DNA of 32,000 nt from positions 1 to 32,000 of the forward strand of contig JAPZAR010000024.1 in the NCBI GenBank assembly GCA_027460535.1, read 5' to 3'. A program made the position numbers and the translations under genes. Under the pieces are notes generated by a model. That model saw nothing but the letters and a program-made list of their open reading frames with translations. It searched no databases and was not told where the DNA came from. Source of the stretch: Candidatus Methanoperedens sp. (lineage in GTDB: Archaea > Halobacteriota > Methanosarcinia > Methanosarcinales > Methanoperedenaceae). Shown here piece by piece: positions 9,486 to 18,314 of this stretch (position 1 is its first letter; every line of letters starts with the position of its first letter).

Positions 9486-11276
9486 CTACACTTTAATACC
9501 TGCATCCTCGAAAGATTTCCCCCTGTAGATCATATCGAATATGTTGCCCGCAAGCTCCGCCATAATCGCACGCACCTGCTTCATCGAATCCCTGTCTCTG
9601 ATCGTAACAGTGCCGTCCTCAAGGGTCTGATAATCCACGGTTATGGAATAGGGCGTACCTATCTCATCGTTCCTGCGGTACCTCCTCCCTATGGTTCCCG
9701 AGTCATCGAATGCCACCAGGATGCCTGCCTTTCTTAGCATTTTGACAATCTCGTTCGCCGGTTTTATGAGCTCCTCGCGCGTGAGGAGAGGCAGCACAGC
9801 GGCCTGGATCGGGGCTACCTCTGCAGGGAGGCGGAGTACTATACGCATCTCATCCTCTTCTCCCTTTTCGACAGCTTTTTCTTCAAAATATGAATGTTCA
9901 AGAAGGGAGTAGGTGATCCTGTCTATCCCGAATGACGGTTCTATCACATGCGGTATTATATTCTCGCCATGCAATTCCTCGGTCACGGTCTCAAATGTCA
10001 CTGCTTCTTTTTCGAGGCTTATGGTCTCACCGTCTATTATCAGATCAATGGTATCCCCGGTGAGATCTTCCGGTTTCAGGAGTTTCAGTGCATTTGAGAT
10101 CTTGCCGGCTTTTCCTTTGAACTTCGGCCCCAGGATCCCCATGTTGGGTTTCACTGCAAAGCGCTCGACCTTTTTGGGTTCATCGTACGGGATATATACC
10201 GTAAGTTCAGTTTCGCTCTGCTTTGCATGGGCCTTCAGATCATAATCCGTCCTGTCCGCGATACCCACCACTTCCACCCATCCGAACCTTTCACTTAATA
10301 TCTCGGCATCCCAGCAATCCGCTGCATAGTGTGCCATTTCATCCTTCATATGCTGCCTGAAACGCAGTTTTTCCTTTGATACGCCCACGCGCAGGAGGAA
10401 CTGGTATGTCAGGGCAAGACAGTATCCCAGGAATTCATGGGCTATAACTTTGTTTTTTACCGCTTCCCCGATCGACATCTTCTCGAATCCGGTCTTTTGG
10501 ACATCGCTGCCTTCCCCTGTTGTTCCAGATTCATGGAAATAGCTCTGCATTTCCTGTGAAAAAAGGTTCAGGACAATATCAGCGACTTCCTTGAATTTCG
10601 GATGCGTCTTATCCCTCGGGTCGATGAATATCTCGGCCTCCGCCTGCGTGAACTCCCGCAGGCGTATCACGCCCTGGCGCGGCGATATCTCATTGCGGTA
10701 GGCTTTCCCGATCTGCGTTGCCCCGAAGGGCAGCCTGTCCCGGTAGAATTTCAAAAGGCGCGGGAAGTCCACGAACATCCCCTGTGCTGTCTCAGGCCGC
10801 AGGTATCCCGCACGTTTTCCACCGGGTCCGATGCTGGTTTTGAACATGAGGTTAAACTCGTAGACCTTTCCGAGCCGCCCGCCGCATTCAGGGCATTTGA
10901 CATTGTTCTTGCCGATCACCCTGGAAAGCTCATCCGCGCTCAGGGTATCAGGATTATCCACAACGTCCTTGACAAGATGGTCTGCCCTGAAAGCCTCGTT
11001 GCATTTCTGGCATTCCGTCAGAGGATCGGAGAAGCCCCCCACGTGCCCGGATGCGATGAAAATATCCTCAATACCTATCGTGGGCGACTCGATCTCGTAA
11101 TACCCTTCGTTAATGACAAAAATATCCCGCCAGATGTTCTCCACGCGGCGCTTCAGCATGGCGCCCAGAGGCCCGTAATCATAAAAACCTGCTGTGCCGC
11201 CATACAGCTCAAATGAGCCCCAGAGAAAACCGCGGCGCTTGGCAAGTTCGATCACCTGTTCGTATTTGTCAGCCAT
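9486..11276 (-). CDS. glyS: glycine--tRNA ligase (archaeal/eukaryal alpha2 type)
   Basis: 596 aa, MADKYEQVIELAKRRGFLWGSFELYGGTAGFYDYGPLG..., with class II motifs (YLRPETAQG, FRNEISPR, REFTQAE, PSFGIDR) and an inserted Cys4 ribbon (CQKC...CPEC). ATG at 11276. Confidence 0.95.
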   Translation of the reverse strand: MADKYEQVIELAKRRGFLWGSFELYGGTAGFYDYGPLGAMLKRRVENIWRDIFVINEGYYEIESPTIGIEDIFIASGHVGGFSDPLTECQKCNEAFRADHLVKDVVDNPDTLSADELSRVIGKNNVKCPECGGRLGKVYEFNLMFKTSIGPGGKRAGYLRPETAQGMFVDFPRLLKFYRDRLPFGATQIGKAYRNEISPRQGVIRLREFTQAEAEIFIDPRDKTHPKFKEVADIVLNLFSQEMQSYFHESGTTGEGSDVQKTGFEKMSIGEAVKNKVIAHEFLGYCLALTYQFLLRVGVSKEKLRFRQHMKDEMAHYAADCWDAEILSERFGWVEVVGIADRTDYDLKAHAKQSETELTVYIPYDEPKKVERFAVKPNMGILGPKFKGKAGKISNALKLLKPEDLTGDTIDLIIDGETISLEKEAVTFETVTEELHGENIIPHVIEPSFGIDRITYSLLEHSYFEEKAVEKGEEDEMRIVLRLPAEVAPIQAAVLPLLTREELIKPANEIVKMLRKAGILVAFDDSGTIGRRYRRNDEIGTPYSITVDYQTLEDGTVTIRDRDSMKQVRAIMAELAGNIFDMIYRGKSFEDAGIKV

Positions 11277-11539
11277 GTGTAGTCCTCGCTTTTGGCTTAA
11301 TACAGGGTTTGGGATTATTAAGGTTTCATTTGGATGGGCTTGTTTCCCGGAGGAAGTTTGAAAATTATTTCAAAAGATATGGTGCGGAGATAATCTCTGG
11401 GCCTCGTTTTATGCAAAAATTAATAGAAAAACGGGCAGTATGTTATTGGACAGTATGTTAGGCATAATAAGATTGTAAATGTCCTTTCTCGGACACTACA
11501 TTGGGCGATCTTAATATATCTTCAGGGCTTCGGGCAATT

Positions 11540-12652
11540 TTAGAAACCGAATTCAGTTTTGAAACTGTTTCCGGTAAGATTTATATCCCACCCTGGCGGA
11601 GTCTCACTGATCGGTGTCACAATACCTGTGCACCGATTAAGATAATTGCCATCACCACCATTCATAATGTCATAGTGGGCATTACCATGAATATTGTAGT
11701 TCTCCACGTTGATGTGGTGGGCTCCATTTATGATAGCTATACCAGAAATAAAGTCTATCATAAGACCGGTTGGTTCTCTGACTCCGGTTGCAGGATTCAT
11801 TCTGCATATGGGACCGTTTCCGGCGGCAATGCCATTGATTAGTGTCACATTATAGCTTTCAATTCCATCTATAACAATGCCACCACTATCATCAGCACTT
11901 GTTATCGTGTATTGAACTAAGACATCATGAGAGTTATTGATCCAAATGCCCTTTGCATCATCGTAGGTGAACTCGTTGCAATCAGTGCCTCTTGCCAGGT
12001 TACATTGGGAACCAATCGTTATGTAATGGCTGTTTTGCATGAGAACTCCATCTCCGTCGGCCTTTAGCTTGCTACGGGTAATATTAATATGATCAGATGA
12101 ATTCAACAGAACCCCATGATTTCCTATTCTGTTGAGGCTTAAACTATCCAAACTTATATTGCCAGATAAGTCTAGCTGTACTCCATTTACGCCAAAAGCA
12201 TCCTGTGAGTTACCCGCCACATCCGAGATTGTGGTGGGTGTATGAATATTTACAAGCCATATTAACTTGGCGCCTGTTGCTGGAACCTGTGCGAAGTTTG
12301 ATTGGATGCAGCCTATTTTGAAGAACTTTGTTATTTTTCCTTCCGAGTTATCGACTTTTATCGCATACCCTGGTGTGAGATTCTTGATCTGCCAATTGCT
12401 AATCAAGTAGGGATCCGTAGCTGTCCCAGTTCCCGAAACTACACCATTAGTGCGGTTAAAATCATTGTCACTGGTGATAAAGATCGGTTCATGAGGCAAT
12501 GGATTGCAGAGAGGAGATGCTGCAGCTGGTGTAACTGAAACCGCGACCTCAAACACCGAAAGGAATAGAAGGAAACCAACTACAACAGCTATAATTCTAT
12601 GATCGATTTTTCCCAAGGTTGCAATTTTCCATTTAAAGGATACTATATTCAT
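11540..12652 (-). CDS. secreted/anchored right-handed parallel beta-helix (PbH1/NosD-like) repeat protein
   Basis: N-terminal hydrophobic signal/anchor (IIAVVVGFLLFLSVF...AAASP). It is followed by repeated short N/G/I-rich beta-helix turns (ITLINGIAAGNG, IAIINGAHHINVENYNIHGNAH, VLLNSSDHINITRS). I prefer ATG 12652 (GGAG 5 nt upstream) over the ORF-track ATG 12697. Confidence 0.6.
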   Translation of the reverse strand: MNIVSFKWKIATLGKIDHRIIAVVVGFLLFLSVFEVAVSVTPAAASPLCNPLPHEPIFITSDNDFNRTNGVVSGTGTATDPYLISNWQIKNLTPGYAIKVDNSEGKITKFFKIGCIQSNFAQVPATGAKLIWLVNIHTPTTISDVAGNSQDAFGVNGVQLDLSGNISLDSLSLNRIGNHGVLLNSSDHINITRSKLKADGDGVLMQNSHYITIGSQCNLARGTDCNEFTYDDAKGIWINNSHDVLVQYTITSADDSGGIVIDGIESYNVTLINGIAAGNGPICRMNPATGVREPTGLMIDFISGIAIINGAHHINVENYNIHGNAHYDIMNGGDGNYLNRCTGIVTPISETPPGWDINLTGNSFKTEFGF

Positions 12653-12708
12653 AATCACTCCATTGAAGCATCGATTGTAATTACCCCATTTAATCATTGA
12701 TGGTCATC

Positions 12709-12738
12709 ATATATGAAATTATCTGTATTTGAATACAG
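12709..12738 (-). promoter_or_regulatory. candidate promoter: palindrome CTGTATT-N2-AATACAG abutting a TATA-like TTTCATATAT
   Basis: Plus-strand ctgtatt (12723-12729) and aatacag (12732-12738) are exact reverse complements. The minus strand reads TTTCATATAT over 12718->12709, giving a predicted TSS near 12686, upstream of ATG 12652. Confidence 0.3.
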
Positions 12739-12946
12739 CATACCACAGATGCTTTTTTGCAGGCAGTGGTTGATAAACGCTTACTACACGCATTATATCT
12801 ACCACTCGTAAGAGCCATACCAGTGATGTTTTTTCAAGGTATGTTCAGGAGATAACACATATTACCGATGCATTATTGCAGGCAATAATCGAGATAAGCT
12901 CATAGCTTAACTTGTCGCCCACTTTGGGGGCGCAGTCCTTGACTTG

Positions 12947-12957
12947 AAAAACAAAAA
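12947..12957 (-). terminator. oligo-T terminator (T5-G-T5) after the 298-aa membrane protein gene
   Basis: The minus strand reads TTGATTTTTGTTTTTCAAG 20-30 nt after the stop at 12978-12980. Flanking TCTTGA/TCAAG can pair weakly. Confidence 0.35.
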
Positions 12958-12977
12958 TCAAGACAACAATCAGTCAT

Positions 12978-13874
12978 TTAAATATCTGCGGGAGGCCGTA
13001 TATTTCCTCCAGATTTAAACGCATTCTGCATAATTTCCTTACTATATCCTTCCGGGATCTTCCCTGTATCTGCATAAACATACAACGCAGTATTAAATAC
13101 AGTATTTGCCACACTGAACACCAGGATTACGCCGAGGAAGTACAATACGGCAATTGCAATTGTAATAATTATCCCGGCGAGTCCTAAACCTGCCAGTACG
13201 AACAATAACACGAACGCTACAATTACACCAAGGAATAAGAATAAAAATTCAATCGTTCCCAGCCCGAAATACCTGATCAGGCTTTCTCCCCATGTTTTCT
13301 TTAATGTCTGTACGGATTTCTTTATTGCATCCATCGGTCTGAGGTCATTATAAACCATTGCAGGAACTACGAAAATAGTGATTATGCTCCACATCATTCC
13401 CAGAATGGACGTGAGAATATTCAACACTATTCTCCCGGATTCGCCCGCTCTCTCTGCCATATTATCAATTATTCTCAAGATCAGTCCCACGGTTGCCACA
13501 ATAATGCTCCAGGTGATAATCAGGCCTATCTTGGAACGGGCAAACTTTATACTCTCCGAGAAAGTGGCATTCCCTCCCTCGAATCTTATCTTGGTTGTGT
13601 AAACAACGCACACATTGAAGAAGGTAGCTATAAACGCCAGTCCAAGATATGTTATAAAAAATATAAGATACTCTGTAATCCCATAAGATCCCGGACCTCT
13701 TCCTTCCATAAATGATGTGATAATGGATGGAAAGAGCATTACCAGAATAAATATGATCGAGAATATGCCAGCCAATAAAGGAAACAATAAAAGCTCTTTG
13801 TCTTTCTGTATCACATTGAAACTTAATTTTGTGATTTCCCAGCTTCTTGAAAATGTTTCAAACAAGATGTCCAC
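12978..13874 (-). CDS. polytopic membrane protein of unknown function (DUF6159-like by N-terminal pattern)
   Basis: 298 aa with about 6 TM helices. The N-terminus MDILFETFSRSWEITKLSFNVIQKDKELLLFPLLAGI resembles a family I recall as DUF6159. GTG start at 13874 (checked: cac at 13872-13874). Confidence 0.55.
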   Translation of the reverse strand: MDILFETFSRSWEITKLSFNVIQKDKELLLFPLLAGIFSIIFILVMLFPSIITSFMEGRGPGSYGITEYLIFFITYLGLAFIATFFNVCVVYTTKIRFEGGNATFSESIKFARSKIGLIITWSIIVATVGLILRIIDNMAERAGESGRIVLNILTSILGMMWSIITIFVVPAMVYNDLRPMDAIKKSVQTLKKTWGESLIRYFGLGTIEFLFLFLGVIVAFVLLFVLAGLGLAGIIITIAIAVLYFLGVILVFSVANTVFNTALYVYADTGKIPEGYSKEIMQNAFKSGGNIRPPADI

Positions 13875-13976
13875 CTTTTCTTGGTTTCATATCTATCGGC
13901 AAAGGTAATATATACCTTTTCCTGTGGGAGCGGGATACCGGGCACACTAAAACCATCCGCTCACCGTCTGAGATTT

Positions 13977-15149
13977 TCAAATATTATCCAGTGCCTGTCC
14001 CAAATCCCCGATAATATCGTCGGCATCCTCAATGCCCACCGATAAACGTACAAGCTCATCCGCTATCCCGTACCTGATCCTGTCTTTCCGCGGGACCACC
14101 GCATGTGTCATCGTGGCCGGATGCTGGATAAGCGTACCTGTCTCGCCAAGACTCACGGCAAGGGTGCACAGCTTTAGATTGTCAAGGAATACAGGGACAT
14201 CTTCTGCTTTTTTCAAAAGGAATGCAATCATCCCCCCGTATCCGCTCATCTGCTTCTGTGAAAGGTCATACTGCGGATAATCCGGAAGACCGGGATAAAT
14301 AACGCTGCTTATTTTTTCATGCCGCTGCAAAAATCTCGCCACGGACATGGCATTCTCAGTGTGCCTGTCCATTCTTACAGACAGGGTTTTCATACCTCTC
14401 AGGATAAGCCAGGAATTGAAAGGGCTGATCGCGCCGCCCATGTTCTTTGCCGTATGCCTTGCCCGTTTTATGAAATCCGAAGAACCTACGATTATTCCTC
14501 CCAGCGTGTCCCCGTGGCCATTCAAGTATTTTGTGGCGCTGTGTATCACCACATCCGCGCCAAGCCCCAGAGGCTTCTGGAAGTATGGCGTCATGAACGT
14601 ATTATCAACAAAGACCTTCGCCTTCTTATCATGCGCCACCTCGGATACGGCTTTTATATCAGTCAGTTTCATCGTTGGATTTGCCGGCGTCTCAAAGAAA
14701 ACAAGTTTTGTATTCTTACGAAATGCATTTTCAACGTTGGTGATATCTGAAGTATCTATAAAACTCACATCCACTCCGAACTTTTTAAGCTCGACGAACA
14801 GGTCGTACGTGCTCCCGTAGATCACCTCATCAGCAATAACATGGTCACCCGCCCTGACTTCGGTGAACACCGCTGCACTGATCGCCGCCATTCCTGAAGC
14901 CTGTGCCAGCCCCGCCTTCCCTCCTTCCAGGTTCGCCATCTTTACTTCCAGCGCTTCCGTGGTCGGGTTCAGGCCGCGGGAATAAACATAACCATTCTCC
15001 CGCCCGCCCATCACATTTGCAGCATGGGCAGCGCTTCTGAATTCAAAAGGCGCGGTCTGGTATATCGGGGTTACAACCGCTCCAGTTTCCGACTGTTTTT
15101 CTCCCGCGTGTATCGCCCGCGTAGAAAATCCTGCTTTTTCAAGATCCAT
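13977..15149 (-). CDS. PLP-dependent Cys/Met-metabolism enzyme (methionine gamma-lyase / cystathionine gamma-synthase / O-acylhomoserine sulfhydrylase family)
   Basis: 390 aa with STRAIHAGE, YSRGLNPT, the PLP-lysine motif HSATKYLNGHGD, and C-terminal RLSVGIED. The exact reaction cannot be assigned from sequence alone. Confidence 0.85.
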   Translation of the reverse strand: MDLEKAGFSTRAIHAGEKQSETGAVVTPIYQTAPFEFRSAAHAANVMGGRENGYVYSRGLNPTTEALEVKMANLEGGKAGLAQASGMAAISAAVFTEVRAGDHVIADEVIYGSTYDLFVELKKFGVDVSFIDTSDITNVENAFRKNTKLVFFETPANPTMKLTDIKAVSEVAHDKKAKVFVDNTFMTPYFQKPLGLGADVVIHSATKYLNGHGDTLGGIIVGSSDFIKRARHTAKNMGGAISPFNSWLILRGMKTLSVRMDRHTENAMSVARFLQRHEKISSVIYPGLPDYPQYDLSQKQMSGYGGMIAFLLKKAEDVPVFLDNLKLCTLAVSLGETGTLIQHPATMTHAVVPRKDRIRYGIADELVRLSVGIEDADDIIGDLGQALDNI

Positions 15150-15170
15150 AAGCTTCGTTTTATATCAATT

Positions 15171-16040
15171 TCAGATAAGGGGTTTTGGCTGCTTCTCCTC
15201 AGGCTGAACCGGGAGCTTCATGGTGTTTATCAGGATGGGATCTGTGACCTCTTTCGCACGTTCGAGCAGCATTTCTTTTCCGCACTGCGTGATGGCGAAT
15301 ATGGGGATAGCTGTCCCGAACTGCGCTATTGTCTTTCCTGTGATACATCCCCGGATCCACTTCGAGGTGCATCCTGTGGTCATATCCACCAGGTCCAGGA
15401 ATTCCTTCGCCTCGTTTTCAGGCATACCTGTGGTATGGACGCCGAAACCGATGACCTGCACCTTATATTTTTGTTCAAGTTCCCGCATCGCACGCATGTC
15501 CGCTGCATTCGTGACAGAGACCCCTATCTTCTTATATCCAAGCTCGATGGCCTTTTTGACGCCCGCCACCTGGTCTAATGCAGCAGTCTCCGGGTCAAGC
15601 ACAATGCCTCCGACTTCCTGAATGCGTTCGATGAGCTTTGGAATTGGCGTGGTCTCGACAAGCCCTGAAATGCGGGAACCCATGCCCTGAGCCAGCTTGG
15701 GGTTGCTCGTGATCACAGTGCCTGCGCCATCGCAGGCGGTCACGCATGTATCCAGAAGACCGCGGCGCAGTCCGGTCATAAAAGTTTCACTGGCGCCAAA
15801 GCCCACGAATATCTCCATCTCGATAGCCCTGTCCTCAGTGAACAGACCGAAGTCCTTGATCCTGAACTCGATATTCTCCTTTGCCGTCCTTGGCGTGAAT
15901 TTCTTTATGCCTCTGACCTTGTCGAAGATGGGACAGTATTCAGTTTGGGGTTCCCCGACTTCCACTACTTTGCCGCTCTCCACGACTACGCGCGTCTTTC
16001 CGAGAGCTTCCATTACATGTCTGTCTTTTGATTTTGCCAT
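15171..16040 (-). CDS. DUF2099 / methanogenesis marker protein 8-like
   Basis: 289 aa, N-terminus VMEALGKTRVVVESGKVVEVGEPQTEYCPIFDKVRGI, matching my recollection of the TIGR03275/DUF2099 family. Several Cys motifs are present (DTCVTACDGAG, TGCTSKWIRGC). The stop lies 21 nt before the PLP-enzyme ATG. Confidence 0.6.
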   Translation of the reverse strand: MAKSKDRHVMEALGKTRVVVESGKVVEVGEPQTEYCPIFDKVRGIKKFTPRTAKENIEFRIKDFGLFTEDRAIEMEIFVGFGASETFMTGLRRGLLDTCVTACDGAGTVITSNPKLAQGMGSRISGLVETTPIPKLIERIQEVGGIVLDPETAALDQVAGVKKAIELGYKKIGVSVTNAADMRAMRELEQKYKVQVIGFGVHTTGMPENEAKEFLDLVDMTTGCTSKWIRGCITGKTIAQFGTAIPIFAITQCGKEMLLERAKEVTDPILINTMKLPVQPEEKQPKPLI

Positions 16041-16084
16041 GATGGTATATTGGTCCTGAGAATATTAACCATTAAGATATCGAC

Positions 16085-16115
16085 AAAATTTAAAAAGTCG
16101 AGGCAAGATTTGCCT
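16085..16115 (-). terminator. hairpin plus T-run after coaD
   Basis: The minus strand, 5 nt after the TAA, reads AGGCAA-atc-TTGCCT (6-bp stem, plus 16101-16106/16110-16115) and then CGACTTTTTAAATTTTG. Confidence 0.4.
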
Positions 16116-16120
16116 TGAAA

Positions 16121-16585
16121 TTAATTGATCCTGCTTTTTAACACTCTGCCGTGCTCATCTATCTCCCCTCGTTTGATGCGCGTGCTGGAGATGGGCAATC
16201 CATCATCCGCAAGAACATAATCCACCAGAACAATCTTTATTTCTCTCATGCCCTTTTCTCTCCGGATCCTGTTAATTTTCCGCGCCGCAGGATTGGTCTC
16301 GGGAGATACCACAAGATAATCGAAATCTTCAGTTACAGTCGGACCATACGGGTCTTCCAGCTTCACTATTACCGGTGTCTTTCCCATCGCAAGAATGAAT
16401 CGCATGACTCCATCATGGCGTGAACGATAATTGTCCACGATATGATTCTTATTACTGACCATTTCATCAGATGTCAGACCGATAAGTAAATCGCCGTTGC
16501 GGCTCAATTCAGCGGCTCTCCTCAGGAGAGCTTTATGTCCGTCATGCAGAGGGTCAAAAGTCCCTCCTGCTGCTACACGTGCCAT
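16121..16585 (-). CDS. coaD: phosphopantetheine adenylyltransferase, archaeal type (cytidylyltransferase fold)
   Basis: 154 aa with AAGGTFDPLHDGHKALL (the GxFxxxHxGH nucleotidyltransferase motif) and C-terminal ISSTRIKRGEID. The size and pattern are those of archaeal PPAT (COG1019). Confidence 0.8.
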   Translation of the reverse strand: MARVAAGGTFDPLHDGHKALLRRAAELSRNGDLLIGLTSDEMVSNKNHIVDNYRSRHDGVMRFILAMGKTPVIVKLEDPYGPTVTEDFDYLVVSPETNPAARKINRIRREKGMREIKIVLVDYVLADDGLPISSTRIKRGEIDEHGRVLKSRIN

Positions 16586-16717
16586 AGCCTAAGAATTGGA
16601 TAGCTAAACGATAAGAGTATCTTTTAATATGTCCTGTGCGATTTTAGGGGCAATGAAAAGAAAGGCTTTTCAAATGAAGGGATATGCCCTTATGCCACGT
16701 AAAGCGAGGGATCGGTT

Positions 16718-18226
16718 ATGAATGACGAGACCATACACTGGGCAGATGTTATCGCGGAAAATGTACTTGAGCGGGGGAAAAAACATACAGTAGCCTCGGG
16801 AATCACGCCTTCGGGAGCTATCCATATAGGCAACATGAGAGAGGTAGTGACAGCTGATACTATTTACAAAGCGCTCAGGGACAAAGGCGCAGATGTGCGA
16901 CTGATCTACATTGCAGATACCTACGACCCCCTGCGTAAAGTCTATCCATTCCTTTCAAAAGATTATGAGAACCATGTCGGAAAGCCGCTCTCCGAAATAC
17001 CATGCCCATGCGGCGGCCATAGGAGCTATTCTGAGCATTTCCTTCTTCCTTTCATCGAAGCGCTTCACACGCTAGGGATCAGGCCGGAGGTTTTCAGGGC
17101 GGATGAACTTTATAAGGAGGGAAGATACGTCGATGCCATCAAGAGAGCCATGGCCAACAGGGACGCAATAGCCCTCATCCTTTCGGAAGTATCCGGGCGG
17201 GAGCTGGAACCGGACTGGAGCCCGTTCAATCCTATCTGCAATGAATGCGGACGATTAAATTCGACAAAGGTGGCCGGGTTCGATGCCGAGAAAGAGACTA
17301 TCGATTACGTATGTAAATGCGGCTCGCAGGGTACAGTAACCATGAAAGGTGGTGGAAAACTCACATGGCGTGTTGACTGGCCTGCCAGATGGCCGATATT
17401 CGGGACTACTGTCGAACCTTTCGGCAAGGATCATGCCACTGCAGGTGGTTCGTACGACACGGGAAAACGAATTTCGCGGGAGATATATGATTACGAACCT
17501 CCTTACCCGATAGTGTACGAATGGATCATGCTGAAAGGCAAAGGGGCAATGCACTCATCCACGGGTCTTGCCATCTCGATAAATGATATGCTTGAGATAG
17601 TGCCTCCTGAAGTCCTGCGCTACCTGATAATCAGGCAGAGGCCAGAAAAGCATATCGAATTTGACCCGGGACTTTCTCTTCTTAATCTTATTGATGAGTA
17701 CGACAGGGTGGAGGGCGACAAGCGCGCCTACCAGCTTTCCCAGACCGAAGGAACCGGACCTTCCAAAATCCCTTTCAGGCACATGGTGACGGCAGTGCAG
17801 ATCGCTGATGACAGAGGTTTTGATTACCTCCTGACCGTGTTGAAGCGAACGGATTACGATACCTCTGATCTGGAGGCGATCAGGCAGAGAGCGAATAATG
17901 CCAGGAACTGGCTTGAAAAATATGCACCTCTGTTCGTGAAGTTCAAAGTCCAGGAGACCATGCCCCCTCAGGTGAAGAGCTTCTCGAAAGAGCAGAAGAT
18001 GGTGCTTGCGATACTTGCTGATGAACTCGAGCAGGGGATGAGCGGTCAGGATATTCACGATAATATGTATAAGGTGGCAGAGGAGACCGGGCTTGACGGG
18101 AAAAAAGTCTTCGAGACCGTGTATCTTGCGCTTCTCGGGCTGAAATCAGGGCCGAGGGCGGGGCATTTTCTGGCATCGCTTGATAAGGATTTTTTAGTGA
18201 AGAGGTTCAAGGAAGCGGGCAAGTAA
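16718..18226 (+). CDS. lysS: lysine--tRNA ligase, class I
   Basis: 502 aa with a class I HIGH-type motif ([12 protein letters not shown]), an inserted Cys cluster (CNECG...CKCG) and a KMSKS-like region (GAMHSSTG). Class I LysRS is characteristic of methanogens and relatives. ATG at 16718. Confidence 0.93.
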   Translation: MNDETIHWADVIAENVLERGKKHTVASGITPSGAIHIGNMREVVTADTIYKALRDKGADVRLIYIADTYDPLRKVYPFLSKDYENHVGKPLSEIPCPCGGHRSYSEHFLLPFIEALHTLGIRPEVFRADELYKEGRYVDAIKRAMANRDAIALILSEVSGRELEPDWSPFNPICNECGRLNSTKVAGFDAEKETIDYVCKCGSQGTVTMKGGGKLTWRVDWPARWPIFGTTVEPFGKDHATAGGSYDTGKRISREIYDYEPPYPIVYEWIMLKGKGAMHSSTGLAISINDMLEIVPPEVLRYLIIRQRPEKHIEFDPGLSLLNLIDEYDRVEGDKRAYQLSQTEGTGPSKIPFRHMVTAVQIADDRGFDYLLTVLKRTDYDTSDLEAIRQRANNARNWLEKYAPLFVKFKVQETMPPQVKSFSKEQKMVLAILADELEQGMSGQDIHDNMYKVAEETGLDGKKVFETVYLALLGLKSGPRAGHFLASLDKDFLVKRFKEAGK

Positions 18227-18314
18227 TGAATTGATGCTTGATTCCTTACACTAGCTTCAAAAAATTTGCATTATCAAAGAAGATTTAAATATTATAAAAT
18301 TTAAACAGTATTTT

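Noticed and set aside
9481-11500. 10-mer GGACACTACA at 9481-9490 and 11491-11500, both just after minus-strand stop codons
   Set aside because: Hundreds of repeated 10-mers are expected by chance in 32 kb, and there is no extended similarity around them.
12872-12889. 18-bp palindrome ATTATTGC-AG-GCAATAAT in the 12698-12977 intergenic region
   Set aside because: Palindromes with 8-bp arms and short spacers are expected a few times per window by chance. It is about 90 nt past the upstream stop with no T-run and about 175 nt from the next start, so no clear role can be supported.
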